A stretch of 64,000 nt of DNA, taken from NCBI GenBank assembly GCA_963822965.1, contig CAWGJT010000005.1, positions 1 to 64,000 on the forward strand, read 5' to 3'. Origin of the DNA: an uncultured delta proteobacterium (lineage in GTDB: Bacteria; Myxococcota_A; UBA9160; UBA4427). The notes beneath the pieces were generated by a model. The model did not search any database. It saw only the letters and a list, made by a program, of their open reading frames with translations, and was not told where the DNA came from. Positions 31,144-43,115 of the stretch are shown here, piece by piece; position 1 is the first letter of the stretch, and each line of letters opens with the position of its first letter. Both the position numbers and the translations under genes were made by a program.

Positions 31144-33882
31144 TTACCGGGAGGCGAGAGCACCCGCCAGACGCTCCTGGAGCGCGGGGAGTGCGGCCCA
31201 GTTCTCCCCCCGGGCGTATCGAGCCTCCGACGAGCGCCGGCCGGAGCCCCGGTTGAGTGTCAGGATGCCGCGCTCGAGCAGGAGATCGAGGGCGTTCGAG
31301 AACGTCGTCTCGTTCGCGGCCTCGGGCCGCGCCGCCTCGCCCAGCAGCTCCGCGTTGTGGAAGTCCTGCTCGGCCTGCTTGCGGAGCGCCTTGCGGTCGA
31401 ACTCGATCGGCTCCTCCTCGTCGCCCTCCAGCGCCGCGCGCGCGGCCGCGCAGCAGGCCAGATAGGCCTCGATCACGCCCCGTGACTGCTCGGCGAGGCA
31501 GCGCAGCAGCGGCAGGCCGGCCGCCTCCGCCTGCCAGCGCCCGTCGTCGCGGCTCGCCCAGCCGGCGTCCTCGAAGAAGCCGAGCAGCCGCTCGCTCCGT
31601 CGCGCGAGGGTGTCGTCGCTGGGAATGAAGAACTCGCGGTAGAGCATCTCGTGCCAGATCGCGAGGTCCTCCTGGAGCTCCTTCTCGCCGGAGCCGCGCA
31701 GGAGCAGGCGCGCCAGCAGGCTCGGGCTCGCCAGGTAGTGGGCGATCGAGTTGCGGTAGATGTCCAGCGCACGCCGGCGCGATTCGGGGTAGTAGAGGAT
31801 CTCTCCGCGGGGATCGTCCGTGGACTCCACCAGGTCGGCGCGCACCAGGAACGAGATCGACTCCTCGAAGGTCCCCTCGTCCGACGCCAGGGCGGGCGTC
31901 AAGCGCACGCCTTCGTGACGCAGGACCTGCACCACCTGCTGCATCCGCATCACCAGCTCGTCGCGGAGCAGGCCTCGATGCGGCACCCCGAGCAGCACCG
32001 TGGCGGCGACCGAGGTGGCATTCGCCACCATGGCCCCGTTGATGCGCTCCACGATGTGACGGCCGAGGCGCTCGACGAAGGCCCGCTTCTCCTCGCGCAG
32101 GCGCTGGGCCTCCCCCGCCTCGCAGCGGTCGATCCAGCTGCTGGAGAAGCGCTGGCGGTCCTCGCCGAGCTCGCTCGCGAGGGAGATCGGAGCGTCGAAG
32201 GTCACGTGCACGCTGCCGAAGCGCCGCTGCAGGTACCTCCCGGCCCGCACCAGCCCCCACATGCTCTCCTTCTTCTTCGCCGCGCCCTCGAGCTCGTCCA
32301 CCATCGAGCTCTCCTCGACCAGGCGCTCGTAGCCGATCGAGACGGGCACGAAGAGGAAGTCGCGCCGGCTGCTGTCGATGAACGCCTCCACCTCCCAGCC
32401 CAGCATCCCGAGGCGGGGCGCCAGGGACTTGCCCGTCCGGGAGCGCCCGCCCTCGATGAAGAACATCTGGGTGAAGCCCTCCCGCACCAGGTGCGCCAGG
32501 TACGAGCGGAACACCTCGCGATAGAGGGGGTCGTCGAAGGAGGCGCGCATGAAGAAGGCGCCACAGTGACGGAAGAGGAAGCCGATGGGACCGAAGTTCA
32601 TGTTCTCCCGCGCGCCGATGTGCGGGGGCAGCAGGAAGTTGCGGTACAGCAGGTCGGAGACGATCAGGAAATCGAAGTAGGAGCGGTGGTTCGGAACCAG
32701 CACGATGGGGTGCTGCTTGGCGAGCTCCGCCATGCGATCGATTCCGGTCACCTCGATCGAGGAGAAGAGACGCCCGAAGACGGGGCGCAGGGCCGCGTCG
32801 AAGAGCGCGAGCAGGGTCGAGTTCATCCGCGCGGCGATCTCGCGGAAGATCTTCTCGGCTTCGATGTGCGCCCGTTCGGGCGAGCTCTTGCGGCCGCGCG
32901 GCGCGCTCCTCCAGCGCCCCCAGCACGCCGGGATCGGTCAGCACGTCGTCGCGCACGCGGGCGAGTGCGCGCAGGGTGGGCCCCTCGACGACCTTCTCCT
33001 CGCGATAGAGGTAGATGAGGATCGAGCGGCGCATCTTGCGCGCGATCAGCGCGGCGCCTTCGTCGCGGTGCTCCTCGATGAAGCGCGACAGGTCGATCGC
33101 CTCGCCGGTCTTGATGGCGAGGCTGCGATAGGTGGCGAGGAAGCTCGTCACCTTGGCCAGGTCCGAGGGCCGCGTGAGCGCACCGTAGTCGAGATTCAGG
33201 AAGCGGCTCTCGCTGCGCGGGCCCTTGCGCCAGAAGAGCGACAGGGGCACGACGTAGACCGGCGTTCCCGAATCCCACGCGGCACGGACCGCCACCTCGA
33301 GCAGGTCGAGCTCATCCTGGCGTCGATGCCGCCGGCCCCGCAGCCAGTTGCGAAAACGCTCGGTGCGCAGGAAGAGGAAGAACGACGCCCCGCCCCGGGC
33401 GAGCGCGCGTACGTGCTCGCGCGCCTCGTTGCGGTCGAGCGCGCGCGGCTGCGTGCGATTCCTCCGCACGGCGATGCGCAGCCACTCGAGCAGGGGGCGG
33501 TAGTAGTGGAAGTGGATGCCGTTCGCGAACGCCGAGAGCCGCAGTCCCGCGCGCTGCAGGACGGTGTTGAAGAGGAAGTAGTCGAGCCGGCTCGAGTAGC
33601 GCATCACGTAGATGACGCTGCCCCGCCGCTCGAGCTCACGCAGGCGGTCGATGGTGTCCGGGTCGAGATCGAAGTGGGCGAAGAAGCGGCGCTGGAAGGC
33701 CCGGAAGAACAGGTTGCAGCGCGGGGACATGGCCGACAGGGGATCGGCGCCCGCGGGCAGGCCCAGCCGCGCCAGCAGGCGGTCGGGCGGCGGCGCCGCC
33801 GCGCTCGCCGGCGCGACCGTCGACCGCCCTCGGCAGCCGCCGGGGCGGGGGTCTCCGAGGAATCGCGGGAAGAATCGGCCAT
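31144..33882 (-). CDS. plsB: Glycerol-3-phosphate O-acyltransferase PlsB-like (frameshifted)
   Basis: [34 protein letters not shown]-terminal extension. Confidence 0.85.
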
Positions 33883-33995
33883 CGCGGCCGAGAGTACCGA
33901 GCGGCGCGGGCTGGAGGCAACGCGCGCCGTCCGCGGCACGCGGGCGGCGACCCGCGCAGCCGGTGAGGGCCGCCGCCCGCGGGACTCGGGGCCGC

Positions 33996-34859
33996 TCACT
34001 CGGGCAGCAGGATCTCTCCGGACTTCATGTGCTGGGCGATCTCCTGCGGCGTCCAGAGCGCCGCCGGGTCCGGCTTGGTGATGCCCGTCGTCGTCACGAC
34101 CTTCATCTCGGCGATGCGACCACCGCCGCAGAAGAAGGTCTTGCCCGTCATGTCCTTCGCCAGGTCGCTCGCCAGGTAGGTCACCAGCGGGGAGACGGCG
34201 GCGGGATTCATGCGCTGCTTCATGTCCTCGTTGTCGAAGCCGCCGAGGTCCTCGGTCAGACGGGTCAGCGCCACCGGCGCCAGCACGAAGACCCGGATGC
34301 CGTACTTCTTGCCCTCGATGGCGAGACAGCGGCTGAAGCCCGCGATGCCGGCCTTGGCGGCCCCGTAGTTGCACTGCCCGAAGTTGCCGTTGAGACCCGA
34401 CGTCGAGGACGTGTTGATGATCACCCCGCCCGCCCCGCGCTCCTTCATGTGGTTGTAGACGGCGTGGGTGACGCAGTAGGTGCCCTTGAGGTGCACCGCG
34501 ATGACGGGATCCCACAGGTCCTCGGTGGTGTTCGCGAACGACTTGTCGCGCAGGATGCCCGCATTGTTCACCAGCACGTCGACCTGCTCGAAGGCGTCGA
34601 TCGCGGTCTTGAGGATGCCCTGGCCGCCCTCGACGGTGGCGACGTTGTCGTAGTTGGCCACGGCTTCACCGCCCGCCTTCTTGATGAGCTCGACCGTCTC
34701 GTCGGCCATCGCGGAGCTGCCGCCGGTCCCGTCCCGCTTGCCGCCGAGATCGTTGACGACGACGGCCGCGCCTTCCTTGGCCATGGCGAGCGCGTGCTCG
34801 CGTCCGATGCCTCCGCCCGCTCCGGTGATGACGACGACTTTGCCTTCCAGCAGGCCCAT
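33996..34859 (-). CDS. SDR oxidoreductase (MFE-2/3-hydroxyacyl-CoA dehydrogenase-like)
   Basis: TGAGGGIG, VVVNDLG, NNAGILRD, GNFGQCNYGAAK. Confidence 0.93.
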   Translation of the reverse strand: MGLLEGKVVVITGAGGGIGREHALAMAKEGAAVVVNDLGGKRDGTGGSSAMADETVELIKKAGGEAVANYDNVATVEGGQGILKTAIDAFEQVDVLVNNAGILRDKSFANTTEDLWDPVIAVHLKGTYCVTHAVYNHMKERGAGGVIINTSSTSGLNGNFGQCNYGAAKAGIAGFSRCLAIEGKKYGIRVFVLAPVALTRLTEDLGGFDNEDMKQRMNPAAVSPLVTYLASDLAKDMTGKTFFCGGGRIAEMKVVTTTGITKPDPAALWTPQEIAQHMKSGEILLPE

Positions 34860-35024
34860 GGGGGTACTCCTGTGCTTCGAGAATCCTCGAGGTGGGGGTT
34901 GATTCGCTCCTGAAAAAAGGAGCGTGAACGTAGCCGACACGCCAGGGGGGCTCCAACCGGCCGGCCGGGGCAGGGAGCGGCCGGGAGCGTCGACCGGGCG
35001 AGCCGGCCTCCACGAGCGGCGGCG

Positions 35025-35873
35025 CTACAGGAAGAGGATCGTGCGCAGGCGGGCGAAGGGCTCGAAGCCCAGCCGCTCGTACAGGCGCTCGGCGGCGGCG
35101 TTGCCGCTCACCACGGCGAGCTGGACGTGCCCGGCGCCCGACGCGAAGGCTTCCTGGACGATGGCCGACATCCCCGCCGTGGCGAGACCGCGCCGCCGCG
35201 CGTTCGGGAAGGTGTAGACCCCCTGGACGAGCCATCCCTCGGCCCGGCGGACGTCCGCGTAGCCGACGAAGAGCACCTCCCCGTCGACCTCCACCACCCG
35301 GGCCCGGGGCAGGCGGCCGCGCACCCAGCGACGGAATCCGGGGGGATCGCCGTCGAAGGGATCGGGGCGACCCTCCTCGCGCAGACTCGCGCGAGCCGCC
35401 TGCACGAGCGCCTCGAGGTCGCCTTCCGCCGCGCAGCGGACCTTCACCCCGAAGCCGGGCTCGACGGGCACGACCCGCTCGGGCAGCACCACGTAGGCGG
35501 TCTCGTCGCGGTCCAGCAGGAAGCCGCGCCCGCGCCGAGAGAGACGCTCCCACAAACGCGAGGCCGCGTCCCAGCCGCTCTTCATGAGACCGCTCGAGAA
35601 GGTCTCGAGGAAGGGCATCCAGGCTTCGAGCATCTCGTCGTCGACACCGGCGTCGAGGACCAGGCTGGGGCGAAGGGACGCGACCCCCACGAGCGCACCG
35701 CCGCGAAAGGCGCCGACCATCTGCGCCGGCGCCTCGGAGGTCGAGGCCAGTCGCCCGAGGCGCGAGGCCAGGTCGAGCAGCTGCAGGTTGTGGAGGGCGT
35801 CCCGTTCGAGCAGCGCGATCGCTTCGTCCCGATCGCGATCCGAGAGCAGCCTCGCCTTCAAGCGGTTGCGCAC
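35025..35873 (-). CDS. GNAT family acetyltransferase
   Basis: QGVYTFPNARRRGLA, NAAAERLYERLGF. Confidence 0.85.
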   Translation of the reverse strand: MRNRLKARLLSDRDRDEAIALLERDALHNLQLLDLASRLGRLASTSEAPAQMVGAFRGGALVGVASLRPSLVLDAGVDDEMLEAWMPFLETFSSGLMKSGWDAASRLWERLSRRGRGFLLDRDETAYVVLPERVVPVEPGFGVKVRCAAEGDLEALVQAARASLREEGRPDPFDGDPPGFRRWVRGRLPRARVVEVDGEVLFVGYADVRRAEGWLVQGVYTFPNARRRGLATAGMSAIVQEAFASGAGHVQLAVVSGNAAAERLYERLGFEPFARLRTILFL

Positions 35874-35938
35874 GCCGCGCGTTCCTTCCGTCGCGGTCCG
35901 TCCGTCGGTCGCGGATCTGGCAGGGGCCGGAGCCCCCG

Positions 35939-36154
35939 CTAGTCGAGGACGACCAGGACGTCCCCCTCTTCGACACTCTGGCCTTCCGCCGTCCGGATCT
36001 CGGAGATGCGTCCGGCACAGGGCGCTTCGACGGGGATCTCCATCTTCATCGACTCGATGATCAGGATCACGTCCTCCTCCTCCACCGCATCGCCGATCGC
36101 CTTCTCGATCTTCCACACGTTGCCGGTGATCTGCGCTTCGATCTCGATCGCCAA
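35939..36154 (-). CDS. Stand-alone biotin/lipoyl carrier protein
   Basis: ESMKME biotinylation motif; 71 aa. Confidence 0.9.
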   Translation of the reverse strand: MAIEIEAQITGNVWKIEKAIGDAVEEEDVILIIESMKMEIPVEAPCAGRISEIRTAEGQSVEEGDVLVVLD

Positions 36155-36408
36155 AGGGGCTCCCCTCTTCGGTGCTCTGTCGAGCCGTGGTCGTTGCGGT
36201 GGCTCCGGGTCCCGGCCCGGTTCTCTTTCGAGTCGTCGGCGATCGCGAGGACGCAGCCCGGGCTCGTCCGCGACCTGCCGCGGGACTCCGGATTGTGCTC
36301 GATCCCCGCGCCCGCCGCGACCCGATTCCGCCGGCGCCGCACGTGCTGGAGAGGGTCTCCGGCCGCCTGCTAGACTGCGCGGCCCGAGACATCGTGCGGA
36401 GAGGTTCG

Positions 36409-37943
36409 TTGCTCGAGACCGTCACCCAGGGCTTCCAGGCCGCCACCGAGAGGCTGCGCGGCGTCAAGGAGCTCAACGAAGAGAACATCGACGAGGCCCT
36501 GCGCGACGTCCGCTCGTCGCTGCTCGAGGCGGACGTCGACTTCGAGGTCGTTCGCGACTTCCTGGCCCGGGTCAAGGAGCGCGCCCTCGGCGCGCAAGGT
36601 CGAGACCCGCGCACGCGACGCCTCCGGGCGCAGGCTGCGGGTCTCCCCCGGCCAGCAGTTCGTCAAGATCTGCCAGAAGGAGCTGGTCTCCCTGATGGGG
36701 CCGGTCGACCCGTCGCTCGCCAAGGCGCGGGGGGCCACTTCGGTGATGCTCGCTGGGGCTCCAGGGCGTCGGCAAGACGACCGTGGCCGCGAAGCTCGCG
36801 CGCCACCTGCAGAAGCGGGGCATCCGCCCGCTGCTCGTCGCGGCGGACGTCTACCGGCCGGCGGCCATCGAGCAGCTCGAGACCCTGGGCGCGGAGCATC
36901 GACGTGCCGGTGCACCGCGGCGCCGCCGGGCCAGCCGCCCCCGGAGATCTGCCGGGCGGCCGCCGAGCGCGCCCGGAACGAGCGCCTGAACGGCATCATC
37001 TACGACACGGCCGGTCGCCTGGCGGTGGACGACGAGCTGATGACCGAGCTCGAGGAGATCGCCGCCATCGTCGAGCCCGCCAACACGTTGCTCGTCTGCG
37101 ACGCGCTGATGGGCCGCGACGCGGTGAACGTGGCGCGGGCCTTCAAGCGAGCGGATCGACCTCGACGGCATCGTCATGACGAAGCTCGACGGCGACGCCC
37201 GCGGCGGCGCCGCCCTGGCCGTCAAGGCCGCAACGGGGGTCCCGATCAAGTTCCTCGGGCACGGGCGAGACGGTCGACAAGCTCGAGGAGTTCCGGCCCG
37301 AGGGCCTCGCGTCCCGCATCCTGGGCATGGGCGACATCGTCGGCCTGGTGCAGGACTTCGAGGAGGTGGTCGACGAGAAGCAGGCCGAGGCCGACGCCGA
37401 GCGTCTCCTCAAGGGCCAGTTCACCCTCGAGGACCTCGTCACCCAGCTCAAGACGATCCAGAAGATGGGCTCGCTCAAGGACATCTTCGGCAAGCTGCCC
37501 GGAATGGGCGGCCATGGCCGAGCAGGTGGACGAACGGGAGATCGTGAAGGTCCAGTCGCTGATCCACTCGATGACGCCCGCAGGAGCGGCGGCAGCCCCG
37601 GCTGATCGACAAGAGCCGCGCGCGGCGCATCGCGCGCGGCTCCGGCCGCGAGCAGAAAGAGGTGCACCAGCTCGTCGAGCGATTCGACCAGATGAAGACC
37701 CTGATGTCGGCCCTCGGCGGCGGCGGAGGCAAGGGCCTCCTCGGCGGGCGCATGCCCGCGCTTCCGGGGATGGGCGGCCCCGGACTCGCCGGAGCGCCGG
37801 GCGGGATCGACCCGATGGCGATGTTCGCAGGCGGTGAGGGTGCCGGGCGGGCGAAGGGACGCACCCGGGCGCGCAACGCCGACAGCCACAAGAAGAACAA
37901 GCGGAAGCAGGCCCGGAAGTCCCGCCGCAAGGGACGCCGCTGA
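36409..37943 (+). CDS. ffh: Signal recognition particle protein Ffh (frameshifted)
   Basis: [56 protein letters not shown]. Confidence 0.95.
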
Positions 37944-38053
37944 TCGCCCGGGGCGACGTGATCGGGAGGGTCGTCCTGCGTCTCCCCGCCGGGAAGGGAA
38001 ACCGGGGTTCCGCTCTCAGATTCTGGCGGGAAGTTGCCGATCCAGGAGCCTGC

Positions 38054-40382
38054 ATGAAGCCTCTCCCGCTGCTCTCCCTCTGCGTACTGGTGCTGGTCGG
38101 ATCGCTCGCGGGCTCGAATGCCGTTCGAGCCCAGACCGGTGGCTCCGAGCTGTTCCCGCGCCCGGCCGAGCTCGAGCCGGACATCGCGTTCTGGCGGCGG
38201 GTCTACACCGAGGTGGAGGGCGACGGCGGCCTGATCCACGACAGCCGGCATCTCGCCGTCGTGTACGAGGTGGTGCACTTTCCGGAGGGTGCGAGCAACC
38301 GCACCCGCGAGCGCCTGGTCGAGAAGCGGAAGAGGCACTACGCGTCCGTCCTGCGAGCCCTGTCCCGGGGCAAGCGCAGCGGGCTGGACCGCGACGAGAC
38401 GCAGGTACTGGCGCTCTGGGGCGAGGACGCGAGCGACTCCCAGCTGCGCAAGGCGGCTTCGCGACTGCGCTTCCAGCTCGGCCAGGCCGACAAGTTCCGG
38501 GCCGGGCTGGTGCGCTCGGGCGCCTGGCGGGACCACATCCGTCGCACGTTCCGCGAGATGGGCCTGCCCGAGGAGCTGGCCGCCCTGCCCCACGTCGAGT
38601 CGTCCTTCACGCCGCACGCCTGGTCCCGGGTCGGGGCCGCCGGCCTGTGGCAGTTCACGCGCTCGACGGGACGCCGCTACATGCGCGTCGACCACGTCGT
38701 CGACGAGCGCCTCGACCCCATCAAGGCGACCGATCGCGGCCGCACGGCTACTCGAGCACAACCACCGGGCCACGGGAACCTGGCCGCTGGCCCTGACGGC
38801 CTACAACCACGGTGCCGCGGGCATGCGACGGGCCTCCCGCAAGATGGGCACGACCGACATCGCGGTCATCAACCGCAGGTACAAGAGCCGCACGTTCGGC
38901 TTCGCCTCGCGCAACTTCTACGTCGAGTTCCTGGCCGCGCTGGAGATCGATCGGGATCCCGAGCGGTTCTTCGGGCCGCTGGCGGTCGACTCGCCGCCCT
39001 CGCTCGAGGCCATCGAGCTGCCGTACTTCGCCTCGGCCTCCGGCCTGGCCCGCGCGCTGGACATCGACGTGGCGACCCTCCGCCGCCACAACCCCGCCCT
39101 GCGCGATTCCGTGTGGAGCGGTGCGAAGCGCGTGCCCAAGGGCTTCGAGCTGCGGGTGCCCCGCGGCCGCCTCGAGAAGCCCCTCGAGACGCTCATCACC
39201 GAGGTCCCCGACGCGGCGCGCTTCGCGTCCCAGACACGCGACACCTACCACACCATCCAGCGCGGAGAGACGCTCTCGGGAATCGCTGCGCGTTACGAGG
39301 TGAGCCTGTCCGAGCTGGCGGCGCTCAACGGGCTGCGCAGCCGGCACCGCATCCGCGCGGGCCAGCGCCTGCGGCTTCCCGAGGACGCGACGGGCCGGCC
39401 GGCGCCTCGCGCCGCACGCATCGCCCAGGCGCCTCCGGAAGCGTCGACCGAGGGCACCTACCAGGTGCGGCAGGGCGACACCCTGGAGCGGATCGCCCGG
39501 GTCTTCGGGGTGAGCGAACGCGACCTGCTGGGCTGGAACCAGATCCGCAACCCGAACCGCATCGCAGTCGGCCAGACGCTGCGCGTCCAGGACGTTCCCG
39601 ACGACGGCGAGCCGGCGATCGTCGCCTCCGAACCGGTGGTCGTCGCCTCGGTGCAGCCGGACCATCCGGACCTGGTGGCCGCCTTCACACCGCCCCCCGG
39701 CGCCCGCGCCGAGTTCGGCGCCGACTCCGGTGCCGACGAGGCCGACGAGCCCGGGATCGACGCCGGGGACGACGACCTGGCCGCCGAAGACGCCGGGCCG
39801 CTGGCGGACGACGCCCTGACCGACGCAGCCGACGAGTCCGACGAAGGGGGTGACGCGGCGGAAGGCGAGAGCGACGCGACGATCGGCGCCAGCGTGGCGG
39901 ACGCCGCCGCGGCGGAGCTCGCTCAGGGCAGCCCGGCGGCCGAGATGCTGCTCGCCGATCCGGGCGACTACTCGGTCGCCTCGGACGGCACCATCGAGAT
40001 CCAGGCCGCCGAGACCCTCGGACACTATGCGGAGTGGCTCGACGTCCGTGCGAGCCGGCTGCGCGCCATCAACCACATGCGGTACGGCACGCCCCTGGCG
40101 ATCGGCGCCCGCCTCAAGCTCGACCTGAGCCGGGTGTCGCCGCAGCTCTTCGAGCAGCGCCGGGCGGATCACCACCGGACGCTGCAGGGCGAGTTCTTCG
40201 ATCGCTACGAGATCGAGGGCACCGCCACCCACGTGGTGCGACGCGGCGACTCCATCTGGCAGCTCGCCGAGCGCCGCTACGACGTCCCGCTCTGGCTCGT
40301 GCGCCAGTACAACCCCGACGTCGACTTCGCCGACCTGCACACCGGCGAGCACCTCACCATCCCGGTGCTGCACGAGAAGTAG
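38054..40382 (+). CDS. Lytic transglycosylase MltD-like with LysM domains (frameshift near 38735)
   Basis: LPHVESSF, AAGLWQF, LTAYNHG; LysM HTIQRGETLSGIA, YQVRQGDTLERIA, HVVRRGDSIWQLA. Confidence 0.9.
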
Positions 40383-40418
40383 AGCGCGGGCCGGCGCCCG
40401 GTCCCGGGCGCCCCGGGG

Positions 40419-41097
40419 TCAGACCTGGAAGATGGTCTCGTCCGGCAGCCGGATGGCCGTCAGCGGGCCCCCGTAGACGGCACCGGTGTCGATTCCGATG
40501 CTGAACGGCGGATTCCAGCGCACCCGGAAGTCCTCGGCCGGCGTGTGCCCGTAGACGACCGTGGCGTTGAAGCTGTGGGGCAGGTCGCAGGTGGTGCGGT
40601 TCCAAAGCAGGTCCTCGGGCTTGCTCCGGCGGAGCGCGTAGGCGACGTCGCTCTCCTTCAGCTCCGAGCGCGCGAATCCCGCGTGCACGAAGATGTAGTC
40701 GCCCTCCACGTGATGGAGCTTCAGCCCGAGCAGGAAGTCCTCGTGCTCCTTCGGGAAGCGGAAGGTCTGGCGGTCGGGGTCGGACGGATCGAAGTAGCCG
40801 TAGCTCGCCAGGGTGCGATCGCCGCCGTTCATCAGGAAGGCGTCGCCGCCGAAGTAGGCGTCGTCGGTCCAGCCCAGGAAGTCGAGCAGCATCGACTCGT
40901 GGTTGCCGAGCAGGAAGATGCAGGGCCACTCGCGCTGCAGCCGGATCAGCCGTTCGACCACCGCAGTAGGCGTCGGGTCCCCGATCGATGTAGTCGCCCA
41001 GGAAGACCAGCCGGTCTCCGGGCTCGAGAGGCAGCGTCGCGAGCAGCTCTTCCAGCTTCTCGTGCTCCCCGTGGATGTCTCCCACCGCGTACAGCAT
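40419..41097 (-). CDS. Metallophosphoesterase (PPP/PphA-like Ser/Thr phosphatase), frameshifted
   Basis: GDIHG, GDYIDRGP, GNHE, FVHAG, GHTP, IDTGA. Confidence 0.92.
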
Positions 41098-41250
41098 GCG
41101 CCGGACACTCCCTCGCCTCCTCGTGTCTTCGGCCGATGGGTCGTGGCCCTTGACCCCCGGGGCCCGGAAATCGGCGGCAGACGCCGCCGCGGGTCGAAGA
41201 CTCCGATTGGATCCGCCTGCGGCGCAGGCCGACCTTCTCGCGCGGGCATG

Positions 41251-42367
41251 CTAGTCGCTGGGCGGGCGGGCTTCGCGGGCCGCCAGCTGGCCGCAGGCGG
41301 CGTCGATGTCGGCGCCGCGGTTGCGCCGCAGCGTGACCCGAAGCCCGCCTTCGTGGAGCGCCGCCGTGAAGCGATCCACCACCTCGGGCGCCGGCGGCCG
41401 ATAGGGCGCGTCGGGGTGCGGGTTCATCGGGAATCACGTTCAGCTTCGACGGGATGCCCCTGCAGCAGCCGGGGCAGCAGCCGGGCGTCCTCGACGCGAG
41501 TCGTTCACGCCCTCCATCAGGGTGTACTCGAAGAAGACCGGCCGGCGCGGCGACACGAGCTCCTCGTTCCGCGAAGGCTGTCGAGCAGCACCGCCGAGCG
41601 GAAAGCGCCGGTTGAGGGGCACGAGCACGTCGCGCACCTCGTCGCGCACGGCGTGCAGCGACACCGCCAGGTTGATCGGGCCCGACCTCGAGCAGCGGGC
41701 GGATCTTCGGCACCAGGCCCGGCCGTCGAGACCGTGACCCGCCGCGGCGCCATCGCGAACGCCTTGGGATCCACCAGGATGCGGATCGCCTCGAGCACCG
41801 CCGGCAGGTTCAGCAGCGGCTCCCCCATGCCCATGAAGACGATGTTGCTGATGCGCTCCTCGGCCGCGGTCCCGGCGAGCTCGTCCCGGGCGCGGCACAC
41901 CTGGTCGACGATCTCGGCGGTGCGTGAGGTTGCGCGTGAACCCGAGCGCGCCGGTCGCGCAGAAGGAGCACGCCAGCGGACATCCGACCTGGGTGGAGAT
42001 GCACAAGCGTGTTGCGCCGCTCCTCCGGGATCAGCACCGCCTCGACCACGCGCGCCGTCCCGGGCGCGCAGCACCAGCTTGCGGGTCCCGTCCGCGGAGC
42101 GCTGGACGCGCTCGACCTCGAGGGCTCGGGTGTCGAACTCGTCGGCCGAGGCGATGGCGCAGATCCCAGATCGAGGTTGGTCATCTCCAGCGGATCCTCG
42201 ACGCCGCGCTGGTAGAGCCAGCCCGCGACCTGGTCGGCGCGATAGCGCGGGAACGCCCAGGGCCGCGAAGCGCTCGCGCAGGCTCGCGAGCGAGAAGTCC
42301 TTCAGGTTCGGCGCGACGGGTCGGCGGACCGCGGCGGCGCAGCGGTCTGCGGCTCGGGCGCGCTCAT
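41251..42367 (-). CDS. rlmN: 23S rRNA m2A2503/tRNA methyltransferase RlmN (frameshifted)
   Basis: [53 protein letters not shown]. Confidence 0.92.
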
Positions 42368-43025
42368 CGCCGGGCTCCGTCGGAACGCCGGCGATACTCG
42401 AAGAAGTGGAGGGCTCGCCCCTCGGCGCGCCAGGTCTCCTCGTAGCCCGTGCAGATGCGACCCTCCACCTCGCCCCGCCAGCGCTCCGGCGCGAAGTCGT
42501 TCTCGAGCCGCGGCTCGTCCTCGAGCAGCGCGCCGATCTGCTCCGCGTACGGACCGTCGTCGGTGGCGACGTGCAGCGCGCCGCCCGGCGCGAGCGCGCC
42601 GGGCGATCGAGGCCACGAAGGGCGCCTGGAAGAGCCGCCGGCCCGCGTGGCGATCCTTCGGCCACGGATCCGAGAAGTTGATCCAGAACGCGTCGACGCT
42701 CCCGGGCGCGACAGACCTGCTCGACCAGGAGCTGCCCTCGACCCTCCACCAGGCGCACGTTGCGAAGCCCCGAACGGGCCAGCCGGCGGGCCATCTTCAG
42801 CACGCGCTTGAACGAGACCTCGACCCCGACGAACGCGGTGTCCGGGTGCTTGGCGGCCAGGTCGAGCAGGAACTCGCCCGCGCCCGAAGCCGATCTCCAC
42901 CACCAGGCGCAGGGGCGCGGCGAGGTCGGGCGCGAAGACCGCCTCGAAGCCGCGGGTCCAGCGACCTCGTCCAGGCCCCGGCGCCAGTCGTCTCCGGGAA
43001 TGTCGTACTTCAGCGCGCGACCCAT
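42364..43025 (-). CDS. trmB: tRNA (guanine-N7)-methyltransferase (frameshifted)
   Basis: [44 protein letters not shown]. Confidence 0.88.
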
Positions 43026-43115
43026 TGCGCGACCTCTCCGTCTCGGCTCCGCCGCAGACAGTGGGCGGCTCCGGATGCCTGCCGGAGCGTCCCGGACGGT
43101 GCGGGACCTTGCGGC

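Noticed and set aside
36155..36408. Possible ncRNA upstream of ffh
   Set aside because: No recognisable SRP or riboswitch motif; only a TGCTAGACT extended -10-like element near 36368
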